Positions 54,171-64,000 of a DNA stretch of 64,000 nt are shown piece by piece. A program made the translations under genes and the position numbers. Below the pieces are notes generated by a model. That model searched no databases and was not told where the DNA came from. It saw only the letters and a program-made list of their open reading frames with translations. Origin of the DNA: Mobula hypostoma (Eukaryota); NCBI RefSeq assembly GCF_963921235.1, contig NC_086108.1:79362001-79426000 (forward strand), given 5' to 3'. How positions within the stretch are numbered: position 1 is the stretch's first letter; each line of letters starts with the position of its first letter.

Positions 54171-55194
54171 AATCAATACCCAATCAACCTCTTCTCAATT
54201 TATGATAAAACAGGGGAAGAAATCATTATTCATGTTGTTAAGAAATGACTAATCATATTAATTGGCCTGGAGCTACTGTGCTGGAAATTGTGGGGCCCCA
54301 AATAAAGAGGATTAAAAATCTGTAATAAAAATGAAATCTTTATTTTAAAAAAAGTGATAAATAGAAGTTGTTCTAATTTGTGGAATGGGAGAGAACAATT
54401 TGAACTCCAGGTTGGGAACTCCTGCCTGAAAGGGTGAAGGAAGAAAGTTTAATTTGGGCTTTCAAAACATACAAGAATAAATGAAACTTTGCAGGGTTGG
54501 AGATCTGGCTTATCATTCTGTGATTTTGTGAGAATCTCTGTGGAATCTGCAAAGAGATGAATGTAGTGTCCGGATAGTGCGAGATATGAGTTTCAAATAG
54601 TCTTTGAAATTCAGAGGGATTGTATTCAGTTTGCAAGGATAAAACACCTGTGTGCTAATTCTAACCTTTAACTTTTGACCCCCTGAGATATAAATTTTCT
54701 ATTATGAAATTGTGAAGTAAGAGTGTTCGTTTATGAATTTTGTAATTACAGTGAAGAGATCCTAGAGGTTCTGTGATATATTGATATTCCATCTTTGTAC
54801 AGATTCATACCCAAGTTAAAATTAAATCTGATTTAAATAATAAAATAACAGCATTGAATGAGGCCATTTTACAAAAAAAAAGCTTTATGTAGATGTACTT
54901 GCTCTAGTTGGAACTTTCAATTGCTGCAGTCTACTATACATATTTTTTATATCTGTCCTTGCTCTTTCCTTTCTGGTACTTTAATTGATACAGTCTTTGC
55001 CTCTGTGGCCACTTATCATAAAGCATTCCAAGCTGTGGAATACATCTATGTGAAAACCTTTTTTTTTCTCTAACATTCCTTGGTTCTTTCATGGATAACT
55101 GGTGCTATGTCCTATTATAGAAGTTAGAAACTATGACCTCCAACTACTGAAAAACACCATTTACTCTTTTAAAACTCTTTATGGCTTTAGGAAA

Positions 55195-55400
55195 TGTGTA
55201 CCCCTCCCCTCCCTGACCTAGCAGTTCAACAAAAGATGGTAGCCACAATTACATCTTTGTCTTCCCCCGTTCTTTTTAGTGGGTGTCTTCCACCTTCCTT
55301 TCCAACCCTGAAGGAGGGTCTTGGCCTGAAACGTCAACTATTCGTTCCCATAGATGCTGTCTGACCTGCTGAGTTCCTCCAGCATTTTGTGTGTATTGCA
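55195..55400 (+). mobile_element. Penelope-derived terminal repeat with degenerate hammerhead
   Basis: cctgaaggagggtcttggcctgaaacgtcaact...atagatgctgtctgacctgctgagttcctccagcattttgtgtgt. Confidence 0.7.
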
Positions 55401-55595
55401 TTAAATTTGCATGATTGTTTTGGTGAATCCTTGCTGTTTCCTTTCCATAAATCTAATATTCTGAAGTGACCATAATTTATGTTATTACCTCTGTATTGAA
55501 TTCAGAGTTTGATCATATATCTGGTAAAATATGTATTTTGTGTGTACTACCAGATGCATCTGTTCCTCCATTCTGTGAAACATGTTAACTTTTGG

Positions 55596-55890
55596 TGCAA
55601 CACACACAAAATGCTGGGGGAACTCAGCAGGTCAAGCATCATCGATGGACAGGAATAAACAGTCAATATTTTGGGTCGAGATCCTTCATCAGGAATAAAG
55701 AGTCGAAGTTTTGGGCTGAGACCTTTCATATGGACTGGAAAAGAAGGGGGAAGAATCAAGAATGTCGGGGGAGGGGAGCAGTAGAAGCTGAAAGGTGATA
55801 GGTGAAACCAGGTGAGGAAACTTGGTCAAACAACAGGAATTCTGCAGATGCTGGAAATTCAAGCAACACACATAAAAGTTGCTGGTGAAC
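55596..55890 (-). mobile_element. Penelope-derived repeat with a tandemly duplicated hammerhead unit and a second short copy
   Basis: 40-nt imperfect tandem repeat 55651-55690 / 55691-55730. 55829-55890 is near-identical to the reverse complement of the tail of 45279-45524. Confidence 0.7.
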
Positions 55891-57007
55891 TTAGTGCTCC
55901 TTCTTAAAAAACAATATACTGTACAGTTCTTGCCATGAAATTGTCTTTGCCTATAGGGTGGTTCAAAGGAATCATTTTGCTGTTCGTTGGTAATATAGCA
56001 GTGAATAAGCAGCATCTTCAATTATTTTCATGTAGGAGGTGGGATTGGGGGGTAGGGAGGGATCGGTGCAGAGTTTGTCTATTGTGCAGTTCATCTGCAC
56101 TGGATGAGTTGTGCAAAAAAATTTCTAATTCAACCTTTCCTTTTTTTGTTTGTTTTTGCTAGTTTTTGCATTTTGATCAAGCCCAGATGCTTGAAAGGCT
56201 GGACCAGTACATGTGATTCAAACCCTTATCACCAGTAGAGAATCAAATGTTTCTTTGTTTCTCCAGCAGTTGCATCTGTTTATATTGCATTCTGAAAGCA
56301 AAGGGCGGCAACACTGTGACCTGAATAAATGTAGTTTATTGGATAAATAGTGCCTTGATGAAAGCTGGGAATGTTGATGGTAAAAGAACGAAGGTTTGGT
56401 AGGAAGGGAGGGCACAAACTCCACATAGTTTATGTCCCAGGCAACGCAAAGCCTTGCAGGCAATGCAAAGAATTGACTCCTTGTTTGTTTAATGGACAAG
56501 TTTTATACACACATCAGATTTCAATCAAATATATTATGGTGATGAAAGCTCACCCATGTTTTGGATGTTGCCAAATCCAAAGGTGTGTCACAGCTTAAGC
56601 TTGGTACTGAAGGTCTAAAAGTTTATTTTTCAAATTCTTACATAAAATGTTGACAAAACAGATGTAGTAGTTTTTGAGCTGAATATTTACACAGTAACAC
56701 CCTGATATTCCAGGATCTGATTGCCAGGAAATCCTGACTGCTCATCTCCGGGCTGGCACATTAGACTCGAATGAGAGTCTGGGGTTTGAAGCGTGGCTAG
56801 TTCTGTGGGTCAGGTATGCAGTGGGCTGAAGTATTTGTGTCCTGATTCCCAAGAATTGGGAACATGGCTGGGTTTGCAGCTGGACTTCAGGCTTTGAATA
56901 TTTGGTTATTTTCTTTACCATTTTTCCCCTCACTGGATTCACTGAAAATGGTATTGAACTAATGTGTAGCATGCTCCTTTTTTAAAAAAAAAGTTATATG
57001 AAACTAG

Positions 57008-57551
57008 TGTAACCCTCAGGTTTGGCCAGCATGCGTTTGTCTAGAGGAAGACAGCCTCTGGCCCAGCTAAACGGAGGAATCTTGTTTATATGGATGTTGT
57101 GTGATGTGTTGCCCGGTTACCAGTCTGTACCGCAAAATATCAGACAGTACACCATATGCAATTAAATGATTGAACTTTATAAATCTTAATATGACTATAG
57201 GGTTAGTAAAGAAAATAAAAAGATAAAGGGCCCATTTTAATGAAACAGTCTAATGTGCACGTTGGAGCTCACGTTTCCCTCCATTCATTCCCCATCGATC
57301 TCCGAGCGTTACTGACCCCGGACCCTCGTTCCAAGTCCACTCTGTCCAGTTGTCTACCAGCTCACTCTGTTTGCGTCTTCTCTCTTCATCTCTTGCCGAC
57401 AAAAGACTGCAAATTCCTTTTTTCAGCTCCACAAGAAAGAAACAACATGCCTCTCATTGGATGGTGTACATTCCAAAGCTCCCATTATCTCTAGTCATAA
57501 CCCAACATTGCTGCTACAGAGAAACCATTACATTAGCAGTGAAACCTTACA
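57008..57551. mobile_element. Possible solo LTR
   Basis: About 540-bp block starting TGTAA and ending TTACA (alternative end at 57532), compositionally distinct from the flanks. No perfect TSD. Confidence 0.4.
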
Positions 57552-57661
57552 GTGCATTATGCTGGGTATTATTAGGAGTTGGTACTGGACTATCAGAGAT
57601 CGACTACTGTATGCTGATTGCAAATATTCTAGTGGTCACCAAAGTCTTTCAAGTTTTTTAA

Positions 57662-57752
57662 ATAACACACACAAAGTGCAGGAGGAACTCAACAGGCCAG
57701 GCAGCAGCTATGGAAAAAGAGTACAATCGACATTTTGGGCTGAAACCCTTCA
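57662..57752 (-). mobile_element. Penelope-derived terminal repeat, single arm
   Basis: aacacacacaaagtgcaggaggaactcaacaggccaggcagcagctatggaaaaagagtacaatcgacattttgggctgaaacccttca. Confidence 0.7.
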
Positions 57753-59822
57753 ACTAAGCTTTTTTGCAATTTTATATTGTAATATGAATTGATCCAAAGC
57801 AACTTGCTCTGTTTTAATAACCTTAAACTTGAAATGAAATTAACCATACTAATGATTTGTCAAGTATGTGAATTTATTATGTGAATAAAAGCCACATCAA
57901 GCTGTGCAAAGACACATTAAAGTATTTAGTGATTGATACTACCGACATTTTTTTTTGTTAACTGTACCGTGGTGTATTTAAATTAATGAAAACATTTTGA
58001 ATCCTCAATGACAAGAGCATGTATGGTCATATGGCTCAACTTGAGGAAATAGTGTTCAGTGTTGTTGAGTAAATGCAGATTTTTTTATTTGAAGTGTACA
58101 AAAATCGATTTATCCTCAACTATGAATAAAACATTATTATTGAAGCAGTATATCCGTTATCCACATCCAGTATAAACATTATTAAGGCAGGCATTGAAAG
58201 ATGCATGCTCAAACTTGGATCCTTGTACATTTTGTGCATTTTAAGTCCAGTCATTACACAAAATGTTCATGATTGTGATTTATCCCTGCCAGTGGTTTGT
58301 TGGGCCAAATAAATGTTATTTCTCTCCACTACAGATCTGAAATTCCACTGACATCTTACTTTGCTTTTGACCAATGCTTTAGCAATTGTTTGTGATTTAG
58401 TATCTTGGCAGTGATGGAGACTTAGTTTTCACCTCTCTTTTTAGCTGGACAAATCTACGTCACTTGGACCTCTGCCTCACTCTCTTGCTAACCAGCACCT
58501 TTCCACAGCCACAAGAAATTTCTAAAGTGGTCAGTAATTGGGGTGCCACATCCTTGAAAGGTTTCAATAGTACAAACATTTGCTGTTTCTTAGAACAAGT
58601 ACTTGAACACACAAGTGGGTTTGCTACTTCAAAATTGGTCATGGTGTCTTTTTTGTGTATTAGATGTGTGTCTCATTTAGCCTCTTGCTGGGTTATTGTG
58701 TGCAATTTCAATTGCCAACAGCAATTGCCAATGGGCAGAGTAACATTGCATTCTTTATGGAATTCCAAATTGCCTTGGACATTTTTCCTCTCCTAGTTAT
58801 CCAAACACAGTCTATTTGCAACTTAGAATTATTTTTCCTTGACCATTCTTTTAAAAGGAAGGCCAACTTTCTACTTAAGATACAGCTTGCCAAAAAGAGT
58901 GTTTTCTTTTCTGAATAAAGATGTTATTTTCTCATGAAAGAAAAGAAATTCCAGAAATATTGGCAGTTTTGTCACTTGCCAAACTGTCGCTGTTTCTTTC
59001 CCTGTACGTGCGTCTCAGTTTGATATTTGTCTTGCTCTTTGAGCAGATGATCTACTATGCAAATTCAGGAGCAATTCTAATTTTTTCACTGAATTAGTTT
59101 ACCTTTGGGAGGTAGGGAGATAAAGCCAGATAACTGAGGAAGGTCACATGTACCAGCTTGATTGGGCAAGCTTAGCGAAACCTGTTTGTGCGTAATTTCC
59201 CTTCAGCACTCCTTGATGGATCTAATAGTTGAGAGTTGGCTGACCCCATCCCACTTTTGAGGCAGGTGAATGGTTTCAGAGCAACTCGATGCATTTTTGC
59301 ACCAGAGCCTCATTCCTGTTTCATGTTGGAAAGGGTCTTGCACTTGTAGATTCCTGTCTTGTAAAATTGTCCTCTTTGGTTACTGGATAACACACTGCAC
59401 TCAGGAGAGAGAGGGATGTTGCCACTAACATTGACTTTTACTTGTCAGGGCCCACTTGCAGTGGGAATTCAAATATGAATTAACCATAATTCAAATTAAG
59501 ATGCATGAATTAAACATCGTTTCAGTGGAAGGCATTTTTGCATTATCTCAATTCAAAGTAACAGACCATTCAAATAAAGTAGGCTTGCTCAAAAGATCTC
59601 AAAAACAATATCTTGTCGACGCTTGTCAGGCATAATAATTTGTGATTTAAATGCAAAATAATTCCTCTTATCTTGGGTCAAATGGCATGTATGTTATAGT
59701 ACTAAAATTACATAAATATTACAATAAGACTATTTAAACTCTAAAAATAGCTCTTTAATCATTAGATCACAAAATCAAACAATTTTAACAAGAAGTGTTA
59801 AACAAGCATCAGACAGAATCGG

Positions 59823-60048
59823 AAACAACAGATAATCTGCAGATGTTGGAAATTCAAGCAACACACACAAAATGCTCGAGGAACTCATCAGGCCAGGCAG
59901 CATCTGTGGAAAAGAGTACGGTTGATATTTTGGGCTGAGACCCTTCAACAGGACTATAAAGGGTCTCAACCTAAAACGTCGACTATACTCTTTTCCATAG
60001 ATGCTGCTTGGCCTGATGAGCTCCTCCAGCATTTTGTGTGTGTTGCTT
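59823..60048. mobile_element. Fold-back Penelope-derived element, imperfect 90-bp arms
   Basis: Arms 59856-59945 and 59959-60048 are imperfect reverse complements. The unpaired family tail lies on the left. Confidence 0.8.
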
Positions 60049-60547
60049 ACAACGTCTGATACCACTTTTTCTAATCTGTCTGAATTATTTCTCTGTAATA
60101 TTTCCAATATTTTTCTGAGTTTAAGATTTTATTCCACTTGAAAGATTCAGTACATTTTATATGATTTGCATTTCAATCGTGCTCTTGGAATCCCATTTAC
60201 AGTGTAACTTTAAAAACATCAACTTTTTGATTGCTGAAAAACTAGTCCTATCATTGCTCATCTTGCTTCAAGTGGATTGAAGCAGTCACCCATTCGATGT
60301 AGACTCTGTTGAATTTACAAGAAAATCAGTGGGTGACAAATTGGGATGGGTGATTACCAATTGGATTATCCTCCTCCCTCTCCCAGTCACATGTCAGACC
60401 ATAAAATCAAAAAAAATTACAGCACAAATTAAGGCATTCAGCCTATGTCTTGGCTAGGTTAAAAAAAGTTATTTAGGTTATTCCCAGATTCTCAGGTTTA
60501 GTTTGTGCACGTACTTTTTATTAAAGACAAAATCCATGCAAACATTG

Positions 60548-61695
60548 GAGACACAAGAGGCTTCAGATGCTCAAGTATGGAGCAACATCAGATCTACTGG
60601 AGGAACTTAGCAGGCCCAGCAACATCAGTGATAGAAAAGACATTGTCAACATTTTGGGTCAAAATCCTGCATCATGACTGAGAGGAAAGGCGAGATGGCC
60701 AGCAAGGCCAGGAGAAGGGAGTTGCAAGAAAGGACTCTGAGTTGGTTAGTGGACTGAGGAGGGGTGTAAGGTGGTGGACAGCTGGGTACAGTAACTTACT
60801 CTGCCTCCTTCAACACCATTCAGGGAGGTAAATAGGCCTTTCAGGTGAGTCAAAGGTTTGCATGCCTTTCCTGTAACCTTGCCTACTGCATATGGAGCTC
60901 TCAAGGTGACATCCTTTGCATCAGTGAGACTAAGTGCAGACTCAGCAATGGCTTTACAGAACACCTGCTCAGTCCACAATAGCCATCCTGAGCTTCCAGT
61001 TACAGACCATTTCAACTCCCTCCCTGTTCTCACACTGACATGTCCATCCTTGACCGGGATGGAAACTGGAGGAGTAACACCCTGTATTCCACCTGGGTAG
61101 TCTGCAACACAATGGCATGAATATTGAATTTTCCAGTTTTAGTCACCCTCCCCACCTTTTTTACTTTATTCTCCCCCTCCCTTTCTCCTTCTGATCCTCC
61201 AGTCCTCCCTTCTTAGTCACCTTTCCCACCGTCCCTACAGCATCTCCTTCACCCATCCTCATCCCTTTCCCCAAAGCACTTCGCACAAAGATTTCCCATC
61301 TGGTTCCAACCATTGTTTGTCTCTCCTTTCTCATCTAATGGTTCCTCATCAGAACCCAGCATTGGTATTCCTGCTGGTCTCCCATCCCTACACTCTGCTC
61401 CTCTGTGTTGCTGTACGTTTATTTTTCAATTTTTCTCCCCCCCTCCCCTCCTCTCCTGGCACAGGCTTCCAGTTACACACCAGCTCACCACACCTCTCTG
61501 ACACAACCTTCCTGCCAACTTGCACCCCCCCCCTTGGTCCACCAATTGTCTCGGAATCCATTGTTGACTTCCTCCTCTCTGTGCTGACCTTCTTGCCTCT
61601 CCATTCTCAGTTATGATACAGGGGTTCATTCTGGAACGTCCATAATGTTTTTCCTCTCACTGACGCTGCTCAAACTGCTGAGTTCTTCCAGATCT
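60548..61695 (+). mobile_element. Penelope-like element: inverted 5' terminal repeat, GIY-YIG endonuclease remnant, 3' terminal repeat
   Basis: 60812-61140 translates with breaks to TIQGGK*AFQVSQRFACLSCNLAYCIWSSQGDILCISETKCRLSNGFTEHL...PELPVTDHFNS...FHLGSLQHNGMNIEF, typical of the Penelope GIY-YIG domain. Flanked by oppositely oriented family repeats (60548-60715 minus, 61600-61695 plus). Confidence 0.8.
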
Positions 61696-61749
61696 TGCAA
61701 AGGATAGTTATTATTTGTTGCACTTTGTAACCTTCTCTTTGTTTCCCTT

Positions 61750-62042
61750 CATAATCGATGTAGCTACAAAGAAGCCACGACAGCGGCTATATTTCATTAG
61801 GAGCCTGAGGAGATTTGATATGTCACCAAAAACGCAGTCAAATTTCGACAGATGTACTGTGGATTCTAACTGGCTGCATCACCGTCTGGTTTTGGGGGGG
61901 AGGCGGTGTTGGGGAGGCTACTGTACAGGGTCAAAGTAAGCTGCAGAAAGTTGTAAACTCAGTCAGCTCCATCTTGGGCTCTAGATCCATAGTATCCAGG
62001 ACATCTTCAAGGTAAGGTGCCTCAAAAACCAGCGTCCATCAT
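61750..62042 (+). mobile_element. Rex1/Babar-like LINE fragment
   Basis: KKPRQRLYFIRSLRRFDMSPKT..NFDRCTV, ILTGCITVW. Confidence 0.8.
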
Positions 62043-62129
62043 TTAAATCTGAGTCATGTTTAATATCACTGGTGTGTATCGTGAAATTTGTTAACTTAGC
62101 GGCAGCAATGTATGTGTATATGTGTATAT

Positions 62130-63250
62130 AGTTCAAGGGTTCAATGTCCATTTAGGAATCGGATGACAGAGGGGAAGAAGCTGTTCTGGAATCACTGAGT
62201 GTGTGCCTTCAGGCTTCTGTACTACTTGATGGTAACAGTGAGAAGAGGGCATGTCCTGGGTAATGGGGATCCTTATTAATGGATGTTGCTCTTCTGCGGC
62301 ACCACTCCTTGAAGATGTCTTGGATACTTCTGAGGCTAGTACCCAAGATGGAGCTGACTGATTTTACAATTTCCTGTAGCCTCTTGCGATCCTGTGCAGT
62401 AGCTTCCCCACACCCCACTCCCCCATACCAGACGGTGATGCAGCCTGTCAGAATGCTCTGCACGGAACATCCGCAGAAGTTTTTGAGTGTTTTAGGTGAC
62501 AACTCACATCCCCTCAAACTCCTAATGAAATATAGCCTTTTTACAGCTTCTTTATATATTGGGACCAGGTTAGATCCTCAGAGATCTTGACATCCGGGAA
62601 CTTGAAATTACTCACTCTCACCACTTCTGATCTCTCTGTGAGCATTAGTTTGTGTTGCTTCATTTTACCCTTTCTGAAGTCCACAACCAGCTGTATGGTC
62701 TTACTGACATTGAGTGCATGGTGGTTGCTGCAACACCATTCAATTAACTGGTGTATCTCGCTGCTGTGTGCCTCTCGTCTTCATCTGAGATGTTGCCGAC
62801 AATGGTTGTATCATCAGCAAATTTACAGATGGCATTTGGCTATGCCTAGCCACACAGACATGGGTGTTTTATGAGTAGAGCAGTGGGCTAAGCGCACACC
62901 CCTGAGGTTTGCCAGTGTTGATCATCAGCGACAAACAGACATTATTATCAATTTGCATAGATTGTGGCCTTCCTGTCAGGAAGTTGAGGATCCAATTGCA
63001 GAGGGGGTACGGAGGCCTGGGTTCTGTAGCTTTTCAATCAGAGCTGTAGGAATGATGGTGCTAAATGCTGAGCTGTAGTCAATGAACAGTATCCTCAATA
63101 GGTGTTTGTATTGTCCAGGTGATCTAAGGCCACATGAAGAGCCATTGAGATTGTAGACCTATTGTGGTGATAGGCAAATTGAAATGAGTCCAGGTCCTTG
63201 CTGAGGCAGGAGTTGATTCTGGCCATGACCAACTTCTCAAAGGATTTGAC
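62130..63250 (-). mobile_element. Rex1/Babar-like LINE RT fragment
   Basis: ORF 62209..62517(-) SPKTLKNFCGCSVQSILTGCITVWYG. Upstream reverse-strand motifs [33 protein letters not shown]. Confidence 0.85.
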
Positions 63251-63749
63251 AATGAAACTGTCATTGTGATTTCATTTATACTCTGGACTTTTTATAATTT
63301 TATGAGTAGTATTGAGGCCAGTTTTAAAATTTAAAATTTTTATGTCTTCTGAGTAAATTAATTCAAATTTAGAACAAGAATGTCTTGAAGAAGAATACTT
63401 TCATGCAGATTCACACTGTCAAACACAGACAAAGACTTTGTGAAATAAATGTCTTTCTTTTGTTTCCCATATCTTTACCTCACCTGGATGTGGCAATATT
63501 TCTTTGTTTATAGTGGACACAAATACTGTGTTGTTATCCCAAAGTATAGCAATGTAAGAATTAGGACCAGAGGTACCACACCTGGTCCTTCAATTCTACT
63601 CTGCCATTTATCAACATCATGGCTAATGTTCTGATGGAGGAAATTTGTCCTATTCGAAGTCCTTAATAATCTACCCTTCATTTTGAGCTCTCTGTCTGGA
63701 CATTTTAGCCAGAGGAAACATCCTCTTTCCAACTGGTAATATATATAGG

Positions 63750-64000
63750 CATCCGTTAGTCTCATGAGACCGTGGATTTGTGCCTTGGAAGGTTTCCAGG
63801 GCGCAGGCCTGGGCAAGGTTGTATGGAAGACCAGCAGTTGCCCATGCTGCAAGTCTCCCCTCTCCACACCACCGATGTTGTCCAAGGGAAGGGCATTAGA
63901 ACGCTTACAGCTTGGCACCGGTGTCGTTGCAGAGCAATGTGTGGTTAAGTGCCTTGTTTAAGGACACACACGCTGCCTCAGCCAAGGCTTGAACTAGTGA
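63750..64000 (-). mobile_element. Probable tRNA-derived SINE
   Basis: GC-rich block with aagtgccttgtttaaggacaca (reverse of the tgtgtcctt...caaggcactt box common after SINE tRNA heads) and a B-box-like remnant at the window end. Confidence 0.5.

Overview
Eukaryotic, repeat-dense vertebrate DNA. The repeat set (CR1, Rex1/Babar-like, Penelope-like, V-SINE/HE1-like, Deu-SINE) points to a cartilaginous fish; this is an inference. No prokaryotic features, CRISPR arrays, rRNA or true tRNA genes were seen. The one well-supported gene feature is the first coding exon of a ZSWIM4/5/6-family gene, most like ZSWIM6 (+, 15017-15422), behind a CpG-rich CCAAT/GC-box promoter. Everything downstream (>48 kb) appears to be intron 1, since no exon 2 was found. 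Almost all other ORFs are transposon debris. The most interesting signal is a family of short, non-coding, Penelope-derived elements that carry a minimal type I hammerhead ribozyme motif, often as fold-back palindromes flanked by 8-14 bp target-site duplications (TSDs). The best copy (45279-45524) has perfect 98-bp arms, an intact hammerhead core on each strand and a 14-bp TSD. Boundaries of degraded repeats are approximate and family names come from motif recall, not database searches.
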